This document shows positions 34,815-47,229 of a stretch of 64,000 nt of DNA, piece after piece. The position numbers were made by a program, and so were the translations under genes. Origin of the DNA: Heteronotia binoei. Lineage: Eukaryota. Within the stretch, counting starts at the first letter, position 1. Every line of letters begins with the position of its first letter. A model generated the notes under the pieces. The model was not told the origin of the DNA. It ran no database searches and worked only from the letters and a program-made list of their open reading frames with translations. The stretch lies in assembly GCF_032191835.1 (NCBI RefSeq), contig NC_083223.1, positions 46,438,001 through 46,502,000 on the forward strand, read 5' to 3'.

Positions 34815-36822
34815 ACATAAGAACATAAGAGAAGCCATGTTGGATCAGGCCAATGGCCCATCCAGTCCAACACTCTGTGTNNNNNNNNNNNNNNNNNNNN
34901 NNNNNNNNNNNNNNNNNNNNNNNNNNNNNNNNNNNNNNNNNNNNNNNNNNNNNNNNNNNNNNNNNNNNNNNNNNNNNNNNNNNNNNNNNNNNNNNNNNNN
35001 NNNNNNNNNNNNNNNNNNNNNNNNNNNNNNNNNNNNNNNNNNNNNNNNNNNNNNNNNNNNGGACCTCTGCTCCATATTTTTATCTAACCCCCTCTTGAAG
35101 CTGTCTATGCTTGTAGCTGCCACCACCTCCTGTGGCAGTGAATTCCACATGTTAATCACCCTTTGGGTGAAGAAGTACTTCCTTTTATCCGTTTTAACCT
35201 GTCTGCTCAGCAATTTCATCGAATGCCCATGAGTTTTTGTATTGTGAGAAAGGGAGAAAAGTACTTCTTTCTCTCCTTTCTCCATCCCATGCATTATCTT
35301 GTAAACCTCTATCATGTCACCCTGCAGTCGATGTTTCTCCAAGCTAAAGAGCCCCAAGTGTTTTAACCTTTCTTCATAGTTGCCCTTTTCTGGACTTTTT
35401 CCAATGCTATAATATCCTTTTTGAGGTCCGGTGACCAGAATTGCACACAGTATTCCAAATGAGACTGCACCATCGATTTATACAGGGGCATTATGATACT
35501 GGTTGATTTGTTTTCAATTCCCTTCCTAATAATTCCCAGCATGGCATTGGCCTTTTTTATTGCAATCGCACACTGTCTTGACATTTTCAGTGAGTTATCT
35601 ACCACGACCCCAAGATCTCTCTCTTGGTCAGTCTCTGCTAGTTCACACCCCATCAACTTGTATTTGTAGCTGGGATTCTTGGCCCCAATGTGCATTACTT
35701 TGCACTTGGCCACTTTGAACCTCATCTGCCATTTTGACGCCCACTCACCCAGCCTCAACAGATCCCTTTGGAGTGCCTCACAATCCTCTCTGGTTCTCAC
35801 CACCCTGAACAATTTAGTGTCATCTGCAAACTTGGCCACTTCACTGCTCACTCCCAACTCCAAATCATTTATGAACAAGTTAAAAAGCATGGGACCCAGT
35901 ACTGAGCTTTGCAGCACCCCACTGCTTACCGTCCTCCATTGCGAAGACTCCCCATTTATACTCACTCTCTGCTTCCTATTAATTAGCCAGTTTTTGATCC
36001 ACAAGAGGACCTGTCCTTTTACTCCATGACTCGAGCTTTCTAAGGAGCCTTTGATGAGGAACTTTATCAAAAGCTTTCTGGAAGTCAAGGTAAACATCTA
36101 TTGGGTCCCATTTGTCGACATGTTTGTTCACCCTCTCAAAGAAATGTAACAGGTTAGTAAGGCAAGATCTTCCCTTACAGAACCCATGCTGAGTCTTCCT
36201 CAATAACTCATGTTCATCAATGTGCCTACTCATTCTGTCCTTGATAATGGTTTCTACCAACTTTCCCGGTATTGAAGTCAGACTAACTGGCCTGCAATTT
36301 CCCAGATCTCCTCTGGAACCCTTTTTAAAGATGGGGGTGACATTTGCTTACCTTCCAGTCCTCAGGATTGGAGGCAGATTTCAATGAAAGATTACAGATT
36401 TTTGTCAGAAGATCCACAAGTTCAACTTTGAGTTCTTTCAGAACTCTTGGATGTATGCCATCCAGACCTGGTGACTTATTAGTTTTTAATTTGTCTATCA
36501 GTTGTAAGACCTTCTCTCTTATCACCTCAATCTGACTCAGATCTTTCAACACCCCTTCCAAAATTAGTGGTTCTGGAGCGGGCAAACACTTCTCGACTTC
36601 CATAGTGAAGGCGGTGGCAAAAAATGCATTCAGCTTCTCTGCCATTCTCCTATCCTCCATCAGCAATCCTTTGACCCCTTGGTCATCCAAGGGCCCCACT
36701 GCCTCCCTGGCTGGTTTCCTGCTTCTAATATACTTGAAGAAATGTTTATTGTTGGTCTTTATGTTTTTTGCAATATGCTCCTGATAGTCCCTTTTTGCCT
36801 GCCTGATCATAGTCTTGCATTC
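34815..36822 (-). mobile_element. CR1 LINE, 5'-truncated, frameshifted
   Basis: LDFQKAFDKVPH, KFADDTKL, LEYCVQFWSP, FFTQRVINMWNSLP; 3' (TTCTTATG)n tail at 34815. Confidence 0.93.
34881..35060. other. Assembly gap (180 N)
   Basis: Run of n inside the CR1 3' region. Confidence 1.
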
Positions 36823-37153
36823 GATGGTCGGTAGGAAGGTAGACGCTTGCTTCAATGGTCAGCAGGAACTGTAGCTTGTTGGGTGTGAAGATGTGACAGT
36901 GAGTATATTGTTGATTGTTTGGCTTCTCAATTTGCATCTCCATGGCATGTCCAGAGTACCTTGGTCTCTCATCTTGCCCTAATGGAGGCTGGCAGCACTG
37001 AGAGTTTATCTTCTTAGGACATCCAGGAACATGTCTTCGGGAAGGGTTGCTTCAGGTCACTTTCTTCTGATGACAGGGCTGAAGTTGCGGTCTGCAGGGC
37101 TGGGCAGCTCTCTCTCTCTTTTCTTCTTCTCTGTGAAGTGCAATCTGGAGTCC

Positions 37154-39057
37154 TTTTTTAATAACTCACAAATTTTATTTTTAACACGTCAGTACAAAAT
37201 AACCAATCATTAACATATAAGCAAAATGGCAACTACCATTTCACACCAAAATATAAATTAAATATTACATACTAGAAACAAAATACTTTTTACAACAACA
37301 AAAAAGAAAAAAAATACACCACATAAATTTAATCGCTGGCAAGGCATAAAGACAAATACTTAATACAGAATAAAGTCAAGATACTTAGTTGGAACAGATA
37401 AGCTAGTTGAGGGTTTCTCATTGATATATGAAAGAAAAGAAAACCATTTTTCAACAAAATTGTCTGCTAACATTGGATTTTCATATCCTAAAATACTTGC
37501 AGACAGTTTATCTTGGATCATCAAATCCCAAGCCTTATCATACCATTGACACATAGTGGGGCATTTATCAGATTTCCAACATAAAGCTATAATAATTTTG
37601 GCTGCTAGTAACAATAATGAAAGAAGTTCTAGTTTTAGATTAGAACAGGGGTTTTTTTTTGCCAAATATTAAGCAGGACAGATTCTGGCAAAAAAGGGAT
37701 GTCAAAATCTATTATTTCCCTGGCTACCTTAATTACTGATTTCCAAAATTCCTTAATTTTTGGACAGTCCCACCAGCAATGTTTCAGAGTACCAGTTCCT
37801 CCACATCCTTTCCAGCAACCTGAAGTTGGGATCAAGTTACTATGGAACAATTTATGTGGCGTACAGTACCACTGAGACCATACCTTAAAGTTTGTATTCT
37901 AATATATGTAGATCTGGATTTAAATAAAGAACTTTTCCATAAGGTTTCCATTGCTCCTCTGAAAATACTCTTTCACAGTCTTTATGCCATTGATTCTGTT
38001 GTGAGCTACATTGGTCCCAATCTTTCCCATTTAGTAATTGTTAAATACAGGAAATTGCTCCTCTAACAGAAGAAGATCCAGATTTTAAACGAGATTCAAA
38101 GGAATTTGGTGCTCTATTTACACAAGTAAATGGTATTACTTTGTGTAAAGCATCAAACAGCTGATAATACTGCATCCAAGGTATTGTTATTTTGTATTTT
38201 GCTTCTAGTTCTGGTTTAGTGCTAAGTTTACCATTGGGTGTAATATCAAGCAGCCAAAAGATGTTTTTGTCTTGCCAAACTTTATAATCGCATCATGCTT
38301 TACCTGGTGAAAACCACGGTTGTCCAAGAAAAGACATGAAAGGCAATGTTGCCGGTGTTAGAACTTCCCTATATTGGTCCCAAATTTTAAACGTGTGTTC
38401 TAGAAATGGATTGTTCAAAATTAATTTTGATCTTTCAAATTTCCCAAGCCAGATATTCTCATGTAATAGAACATCTTTTAAGGCAGCCTTTTCTATACTG
38501 AGCCAAGAGGTACTGCACTCTGGTAATGCATAGATGAAAATGTATTTTAACTGGGACGCTAAATAATATTTTTCGAGAAGCGGAACTCCCAAACCTCCAA
38601 GCGCTGGTGGTTTTGAGATTAGAGAAGATGAAATTCTACGGTGCCTTGAGTTCCATAAGAAATCTAAAAAGGCATTTTGCCATCTTCTTAAGTCCTGCTT
38701 ACTGACTGGAATAGGTTTAGATCTTTTCTGCAGATCGGGGCATCATCAGAACTAATTAGTGCATTATCGGAAGAGTTCTGCCCGGGCGCCATGTTAGGGC
38801 CTGTAGAAGGAGAGCAGCTGGGTTGAGCAGGGGAAGAGCCTGAAGAAAAAAAGACTCTTACTGATGGTGAGGTCTCCTTAGCAGCTTTCGCTGTAGCTTT
38901 AGCTCTGGTCTTTGCCTTAGTTTTCGTTTTTAAAGATTTTCCCATCTGGGACCAGTTTTGGAGTCTGCGACTTGGCCGTAGCCCCCAGATTTAGCAGGGA
39001 AGGTTGAGGAGCTTCACTGAGATGCGTCCGCCATTATTCAGCAACACCCCGCCCCCC
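37154..39057 (-). mobile_element. L1-clade LINE with large internal deletion
   Basis: 5' end GGGGGGCGGGG...TAATGGCGGA, ORF1 start MGKSLKTK (38945), then ORF2 C-terminus (GGLGVP, CCHC GCGGTGTLKHCWWDCP, AAKIIIALCWK), AT-rich 3' UTR and short poly(A). Confidence 0.78.
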
Positions 39058-39354
39058 TAAAGTCCTTCTTGTTGGAAGAAGTTTCAAACAATCACACCAA
39101 TAGCAGGGCAGACAAAGGGACTGTCTGGAAACTAGCTTTCAAGCACTGTCGTCTGGTGCACACCAGGAAAATGTCCATATTGGGTTGGCAGTTAGACCCA
39201 ATACTCAGTATCTAGTGAAACTAAATGTCCAATTAGGCAGGTTGCCCATGATTTTAATAGCACCAGTCCAAAGTAGCATATAGTCCTTTTGTATCTGGCA
39301 TCAAGGCCGGAGTGAACACAGTCCATTAATGGATGGAAGAGAGGGTACAGGGTT

Positions 39355-39641
39355 AAGAAGATAAGAAGAAGATGATATTGGATTTATATCCCCCCCTCCA
39401 CTCCGAAGAGTCTCAGAGCAGCTCACAATCTCTTTCCCTTCCTCCCCCACAACAGACATCCTGTGAGGTGGGTGGGACTGGAGAGGGCTCTCACAGCAGC
39501 TGCCCTTTCAAGGACAACCTCTGTCAGGGCTATGGCTGACCCAAGGCCATGCTAGCAGGTGCAAGTGGAGGAGTGGGGAATCAAACCCGGTTCTCCCAGA
39601 TAAGAGACCGCACACTTAACCACTACACCAAACTGGCTCTC
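39355..39641 (-). mobile_element. MIR/Squam3-like SINE
   Basis: Full-length copy of the 11691 family with (TTC)n tail. Confidence 0.88.
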
Positions 39642-40547
39642 CTTCTACAGGCCCTAACATGGCGCCCGGGCAGAACTTTTCCGATAATGCACTAATTAGT
39701 TAACAATTGGGCAACTCACTGAATGTCAAGCACATATGGTTTGGATCCCCAAGGTTTGTGCCAGGCAATCTATTTTTCTGAGAACCATGGAATTCTACAG
39801 CCATAAGGCAGGCTGAGCCTTAAAAGCCTGTTGCCAAGCTCTTTGCTGGTGATTCTATTTGAGCTTGTCTGGCAACTTTACAAACAGTCTGCTTAGGATC
39901 CAAAGAGCTACTTTAGAGATCTCAAAGGATTTTTTCCCCCAGTGGATGCTGTATTGCAATCTACTTTTGAAGATCTCTTCAGTTTCTAAAGTGGTTTGCT
40001 ATGGATTAAGGGAAGGAATTGTATAAGAAACACAAATTGAAGGTCTTTAGTAGGGATGGGTATGAACTGGCTCATGAACCTTTATGCATGTTGAATTTTG
40101 ACTGTTTTGTGGTTTATGGACTAATGTTTGCAAACTGCAGCCTGGCCACAAACCTCCATGAACTTTTAAGACAGTTCATGGAGGTTTGTGAGGCACAAAA
40201 AGCAGTGTTTTAAACCCATTTCTCCTCCCTGTGAAAGCCACCAAAACATCCCCATGAAAACTGCCAAATGATCAGAAACAGCTGAGCTATGGAGGCAGCC
40301 TGCTACAATGGCCCAGCTGCTTAAAGGGCTTTCTCGGCCGTGCTGGAAGGGAGGAGTGGCCTCTGATTCCCATGCTGTTTCCCCAAGCCACAAGCGCTCT
40401 CAAGGGCATTAGTTGCCCCATTTAATGCATATTTGACAGTGATGCAATCAGAATAAGGTCAGTTGTGGTTAGAGTGTTATCTCCGACTGAAAATATGAGT
40501 TCTAATTTTGCTGCTTCTCCCATTTCTCTCTGAAATTATTGTTGTTT

Positions 40548-40762
40548 TTGAGGTGTAGTAGAGTGTCAGACTTGGATCTAGGTGATCCAGATTCAAACCC
40601 CCACTCTGCCACACAAGCTTCCTGGCCAATCACACAATCTCAGATTAATGTATCTCACAGTGTCATTGTGAGGATAAAATGGGGGGGGGGGGGGAGTGAC
40701 GACAGCTGCTTTGGATCCCAATGGAGAGAATGGCAGGGTATAAACAATGTAAATAAATAAAA
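40548..40762 (+). mobile_element. MIR-like SINE
   Basis: GGTGTAGT head, TGTGAGGATAAAATGG core, GGGTATAAA...AATAAATAA end. Confidence 0.6.
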
Positions 40763-41150
40763 ATATCAGTAGGATACCTAAAAGCTAAGATCTGAATTTT
40801 ATAGGAACCTTTTGAACATCTTCCACAGTTAGTAATGAAACTCCAAGCTCCTGTTGCTCTTTGGATTGCTCTGATTCTGAACTACTATCCAGCTCACTGA
40901 ATGATGGCCATTTGTCACGGATGCTTTAGGTGGGAATTCCTGCACTGAGAAGGAAGTTGGACCTTATCTCCAAGGTCTCTTCCAATTCTTTTGACTTGCT
41001 GTAACTTTGCAGTTGTTGTAGCTTTCCTTCCTTGCGGCTTGCCCATGTGGTTGTGTTCCTCTTGCTTGCAAAATGGCAGCTCCCAGTATATAGAAGCCAA
41101 CACAAGCCTGTTGTGTGGAGTTTTATTAACATTTGCTGTGTGGAAACATT

Positions 41151-41262
41151 GGGTGCATTCACACTACCCTAAATAATGCATTTTGCCACTGGATTTTTGC
41201 TATTCTTACATAGCAAAAATCCAGTGGCAAAATGCATTATTTAGGGTAGTGTGAATATACCC
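41151..41262. repeat. Near-perfect hairpin MITE (53-bp arms, 6-nt loop)
   Basis: 41151-41203 is the reverse complement of 41210-41262 with 2 mismatches. Confidence 0.9.
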
Positions 41263-42612
41263 ATGGATATCACATCAAACCCTCTTCCTGAGACACATAG
41301 GTTTTGTGGGCAAACAGCTGTGAGACACTGTGGTGGAGAGGCTCCTGTGGGCTCTTTCTGCTTGTGTGGGTCATGAGTTATACTCCGAGTTCCTGCTATG
41401 TGCCAGATCATGCCCAACAACTAACATGAACAGCATAGTTAATGTAAAATATGATGATGATGATGATGCAGGATGCATCTACTTGCGGATGCAAAAGTGT
41501 GTCCCTGCAGCAGCAAGCAGGGCAGGAATAGAACAACGGTGTCCACAAACCTCATTATTGCTTTGCTTGCCGCTATCACTAATGCCCACCTTCCCCTCCT
41601 AACAGCCCAGAAACCTTCCTTCCCTTTCCCGTACTGAGCTGTGTTGTAAGGTTACAGTGCAGTTCAGCATGGAAAGAGAAAAGGCCTTTAGCTATTTAGC
41701 TAAAAAGAATCAATCCAAAGACCTTAACTGATACCAGAGGTAGGGAAATACCTGTGCAGCTTCAGGCATGTACTTGGTCTTCTGTGGCTTAGCATAATTT
41801 GAGGACTTATGAAATCTCTTTCTTGCTAAAGATATATTAGTGGAGCATGAAGCTTGTGAATTATTCTGAACAAATCCCTAGGCCTCATCTACTTTAATTA
41901 AAGAGCAACTCCCAGCAGCCACGGTAATTAAAATGAAGCAGTAAATAGGAAATGATAACAAACCTGTACATCAAAGATAACGTCAAAATACTCTCCGAAG
42001 GCAACTTTTCCCATTACATTTTGCACTAAAAAAGGCATTGCCTGGTTTTCCCTCACTGATGTATAAATGCTGCGTGTACCTGCCTTGCATTCTGAAGTAG
42101 CTGTGTATGAATTAACGAGACAGCACAAGGAAGAACAGTTCGCAAAAACTGCTTTACTAAACGGTGACTTCAAAGCTCTTTTTATTAATTAAAGAGACAG
42201 TCACATGTGACAGAGGTAACTTTCACTTGCTGTTCAGTGACAATCATAGGTGAGTCTCCTTGATTCTTTTAAATTATAGGCGCTTGCTTCTCCACACAAA
42301 GGAAGGTCTGCTGCCCATTGCTGGCCCTCCATGCAAATGAAGAAGGGAAAGCCTTGGAGTCAAGGATCCTGTGTGCACAGAGCTTTTCTATGCCCAAGGG
42401 TCCCTGGACTCTAATGAGACCAGCATCTGATTTTAGCTCTGCAGATAATGGGCCATTTGCAGCATCTGCCCTGGTGAGGTGACGGTGCAAAATGGTGTTT
42501 TCTTGAGTGTAGCAACCTGATAACTGATTTGTTAAAAGTAGCTTCCTAAACATCATAATTGTGTACTGAACAAAGATGGCAGCTTTTAAGATCAACAAAG
42601 TTTTATTCAAAG

Positions 42613-42649
42613 TGTGAGCTTTCATGTGCCAAGCACACTTCGTCAGACA
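42613..42649 (-). ncRNA. Minimal type I hammerhead ribozyme of the Penelope terminal repeat
   Basis: UGU-CUGACGA-A-GUGUGC-UUG-GCACAU-GAAA-GCUC-ACA: core boxes, stem I UGU/ACA, stem II, palindromic AGCU for helix III. Confidence 0.78.
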
Positions 42650-43076
42650 ATGGTATGAAATGGAATTAGCAGGCTTGCATATAGAGAGAGTGGGCAGACA
42701 ATTAATTAGTCTGCAAAATAGTGAAAATGTTTTTACAGATTAAAAGAATAACAAATTTGTTTTCTGATTATCATCTGCCTGGGTTCAGTTGGGAGGACAG
42801 CAAAGGCAATAAACATGTCAGAATTGGAGCTTGATGGTGAGAGTCTATGTTATTAGGTTTCTTAAACGTAAAGAATAATAAATTTGGTGTCTGTTATCAT
42901 GCTTCTTTAGTTTCTTCTCAAGCATGAGTTAAATTAAACTAACATCTTTTTGTTAGAGGTGTTTTTGTCTGAAAGTTCCACTCTAACATGTACACTAGTT
43001 TTACAAACATTATTCCAAAACATTAATGCAAAAAAGAGTTATGTTAGAATACAGTGGATGTACAGTTGTTTGGTGA

Positions 43077-43250
43077 GTGGCGCAGAGTGGTAAAGCTGCA
43101 GTACTGCAGTCCAAACTCTCTGCTCATGACCTGAGTTCGATCCCAGTGGAAGTTGGGTTCAGGTAGCTGGCTCGAGGTTCATTCAGCCTTCTATCCTTCT
43201 GAGGCTGGCAAAATGAGTACCCAGCTTGTTGGGGGGAAAGTGTAGATGAT
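43077..43250 (+). mobile_element. Sauria-type SINE, 3'-truncated
   Basis: GTGGCGCAGAGTGGTAAAGCTGCAG head, GAGTTCGATCCC B box; directly followed by a full copy. Confidence 0.85.
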
Positions 43251-43256
43251 AAAAAA

Positions 43257-43552
43257 GGAGCCCTGTGGCGCAGAGTGGTAAGCTGCAATACTGCAGTTCA
43301 AGCTTTCTGCTCACGACCTGAGTTTGGTCCCAGTGGAAGCTGGGTTCAGATAGCCAGCTCAAGGTTGGCTCAGCTTTCTATCCTTCCGAGGTCGGTAAAA
43401 TGAGTACCAAGCTTGCTGGGGGTAAAGTGTAGATGACTGGGAAAGGCAACGGCAAGGCACCCTGTAAAAAGTCTGCCATGGAAACGTGATGCAATGTCAC
43501 CCCAGAGTCAGCAACAACTGGTGCTTGCACAGGGGACTACCTTTACCTTTTA
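43257..43552 (+). mobile_element. Sauria-type SINE, full length
   Basis: tRNA head, RTE/Bov-B-like 3' part, (ACCTTT)n tail. Confidence 0.9.
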
Positions 43553-44623
43553 CTTAATGAGATCAAAAACCAATATGCCTGTTGAGTCCTGGGCGGGGTA
43601 TTTGTTCCAAGTGTTGTAATTAATTTGTAATTCAGCAGTTTCCCTTTCCATTCTGTTCTTGAAGTTCCTTTGCAATAAAAACAGCTACTTTGAGGTCACT
43701 CATTGAATGTTCTGGAAGGCTAAAGTGTTCTACAGGTTTCTCAGTTTTGTGATTCCTGATGTCATATTTGTGTCCATTTATCCTTTGATGTAGGGTTTGA
43801 CCTGTTTGCCCTATGTATAGAACTGAAGGACATTGTTGGCACTTAATGGCATATACAAATATACAATGTTAGAGCACGTGAATGAGCCTGAGATGGTGTA
43901 GTTGATGTTGTTAGGTCCACTGATTATGTTGTCTGGGTGTATGTGGCAATGGAAAAACCACTGAGTAGAATAATATTTCCAAATTTGATTAAACATATAT
44001 TCAATTCAGTTCTCAAATTCTTATATCAATTAGTAAAGTGTTAGTAAAGAAGTGAACTGAATATACGTTTAATCAAATTTGAAAATATTATTCTACTCAG
44101 TTATCTTTTCATTGTCTAGAACTAACACTGAGATCCCTACATAGGTTGGGTGTAATGGCAGCAAAGTTGGCACTTGATTTTATTGCAAGCTCTGGTACCA
44201 GTGTCTCTGTTGAAGTTAGATGTATTATTGTGGATGAGGAGTTGTTTGAGATCGGGGGATTGTCCTTGTGCAAGAAAAAGTCCCCCCCCCCCCCCCAGTA
44301 CTTGTGAAAGAGAACTGCTGTTGTCAATAGAGATTGTAAGTGATTGATGATGCGTTGAACTGTTTTTAGTTGAGAGTTGTATGTGACCACTAGTGGTGTT
44401 CTATTATTGACTTTTTGGGGGCCTGTCTTGCAACAGGTTTTATCTGAGGACCATTCTGGCTTTGTTAATCTGTTTCCTGATTTCATCAGGTGGATACTTT
44501 AGTTCCAAAAAGGTTTGTTGTAGAGGATATCCAACAAATATTATTGAAGCTTACATCTAGTAGTGATTCATGAGCCTCCCATGTGGATAAAAAAACCCCT
44601 CTAGTGCTAATAACATCTAGGGC

Positions 44624-45130
44624 TAGGGTTGCCAAGTCCAATTCAAGAAATATCTGGGGACTTTGGGGGTGGAGCCAGGAGTCTTTGGGGGTGGAGCCAT
44701 GATCAAGGCTGTGACAAGCATAATTGAACTCCAAAGGGAGTTCTGGCCATTGCATTGATAGGGACGGCACACCTTTTAAATGCCTTTCTTCCATAGGAAA
44801 TAATGAAGGATAGGGGCACCTTCTTTTGGGGCTCATAGAATTGGACCCCCTGGTCCAATCGTTTTGAAATTTGGGGAGTATTTTGGGGAGAGGCACTAGA
44901 TGCTATACTGAAAATTTGGTGCCTCTACCCCAAAAAACAGCCCCCCCAGAGCCCCAGATACCCACAGATCAATTCTCCATGATTTTCTACGGGAATAAAT
45001 CTCCATAGGGTATAACAGAGTTCCCAGAAGACATTTCCCTCCCCCCCCCCGCTTTCTGATGACCCTGAAGCGGGGGGAGGGTCTCCAAACCGGGGGATCC
45101 CCTGTCCCCACCTGGGAATTGGCAACCCTA
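44624..45130 (+). mobile_element. hAT MITE with TAGGGTTGCCA TIR
   Basis: TAGGGTTGCCA...TGGCAACCCTA; 8-bp TSD TCTAGGGC/TCAAGGGC. Confidence 0.9.
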
Positions 45131-47017
45131 TCAAGGGCTGAGATACATATTTCTATAAAAGTAGGCTACTTCCCAAATTTTCTAAATGCTTAATCAGAAG
45201 CTTAAAATCTGTAATTGTGTCCTTTCTTTGTACTCCAAAATACCTATTTAAAGTTATGTCAAATGTACAAGGCCCCATAGAATTACAAAAAAAAAAAAGC
45301 ATGGTAATTTAATAATGGATTCAGAAACCCCTCATAATCTGAGGCACTAAACTGCAGCCTACTAGCCCATTCATAAATCCAGTTTTGATCCAGGCAGTTT
45401 TGTTTGTAATATCACCCTGCAGTGTTAACATGTATTTCCAAACCTTCCCAGTTCTATATTTCTTCCTAAATTCTATGCTCCAAAACAATGGCTTGGGTCC
45501 CATAGCAAATTTCCACCGATGGAAAGGATTTCCATCGGGAGAACAGGATTTCCTTGCCTTTAATCTACAACTATTCCTGCTCCAAATAACACTCAAATTG
45601 CTATTCCTGGAGAACGGGTGGCCTTCAAGGACAGCATAAGGGAGATCATGGATATCTACATTTCAATTAAGGACAGCAGCGACTGGCATCTTTTCCTCCT
45701 TTTTTTGGTCCATCCCCCCTTCAGAAATTTTAGTCCCTCCCATGCTCTGATAGTTCGGAAGGAGAACTTAACTATGTAGGTTTTTAGAGCTTTATTGGCT
45801 CAACTTTTTGAAATGTTTTAATTGGAATTGTCTTGATTTGTATTGTTTTATCTGTTGTACATTGCCCAGAGCCTGGCCTTGACCAGGATGGATAATAATA
45901 ATAATACAGTGGGAGGGGGGAATTGAGGAAAATTGATCCCCATCTATTGGCAGAAATTTTACACGGGATCCAACCTGTTATATCCATGAAGCACACATGT
46001 GTTTGTGCAATGGAGTGCATGTGTTAAGGGATTTTGGAGAAACACAGTAGCAAACAACCAAAAGACAATTCTGTTCTAAATTCTATGCATGTCCTCTGCT
46101 ATCAAAAAGAAAAGCAATGCATTTACTACGCTTATGTTATAATTGTGTACTGACAAGCCATTTCTTTCAATGGTTATGGACAGTCGAGTACAATGTTTCA
46201 GAACTGAACACCAGAGAAAAGCACATAATGCATACAAAGTACATAATATATGCAATGATTATTGGCTGAATCCCTTAAATGAATTTTATGCTTATGATTT
46301 TCATATTTGATAGGTTATACATATTCATTGCCTATATAGTGTCAGATACTGGAGGCATACACCATTTATCATGAATTTTGACCTGATGCTACAATTCTCA
46401 GTTAGGTTAAACTTCTGCTGGTTTTGGGATTTTTTCCCTATTGGACTTTAAATCCACAGTACTGGACCAAAAATATCATACATTAATAAGCAGCATGGGA
46501 TGCTTTAAGTATGTGCCTTAAGGTTTCTGATTTCATGGCATTTCAAATGCAATTGGTCACGGCTAGTGGAGGGAATAATTATAACTGGAAAATAGTCAAA
46601 CCTGCAGCTTTGTACAGTAGAGAACTGGCATTTGAAAACCCAAGCTTTGGAATTACTTATTCAGAGTTTACAATCCTAATGAGAATTGACATTGCATCCC
46701 AAACTATCAATGTCTCTTCTCAAGAAATACAAAATAAAAACAGACTAGTGGTCCAAGAAAGCATTAGAGGAGAAAGGGCTTATAATATTTTGTCCACATG
46801 TAATATAAATGGAGTCACAACCTTCTACATACATTGAAGTAGTTACCCCTTTTGGGGTTCCCCTCCACTGATACCCATGCCTTTTTGCACCCCAAGATCA
46901 ACTAGTCTTCCCAAGTCAAAGGCATGGATAAATCCATCCTGTTTATATCAATTAAAGCAGGTATTTCTCCAAGGCTCTTTCAAGATGAAGTATTTTGGCT
47001 GTCTGGGAACTCTAGGG

Positions 47018-47229
47018 CAGAGGTCCCTAGCCCATGGACCGGTACTGGCCCATGACCTATTAGCCACCAGACTGTGAGTTGTATAATTATTTCATTATAT
47101 ATTGCAATGTAATAATAGAAATAAAGTGTGCAATTGTATCATTCTGAAACCATCCCCTTCCCTCTGGTCTGTGGAAAAACTGTCTTCCACGAAACCAGTC
47201 CCTGGTGCCAAAAAGATTGGGGACCGCTG
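47018..47229 (+). mobile_element. hAT-Charlie MITE resembling MER1A
   Basis: CAGAGGTCCC...GGGGACCGCTG ends, perfect TSD CTCTAGGG (Charlie NTCTAGAN-like target); internal blocks match MER1A as recalled. Confidence 0.8.

Larger units (their letters stand above)
42575..44600 (-). mobile_element. Penelope-like retroelement 3' part (RT linker, GIY-YIG endonuclease, terminal repeat), interrupted
   Basis: Minus-strand LQQTFLELKYPPDEIRKQI, NNRTPLVVTY, VYAIKCQQCPSVLYIGQTGQTLHQRINGHKYD, NFKNRMERETAEL across frameshifts; SINE pair inserted in the 3' region. Confidence 0.88.
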
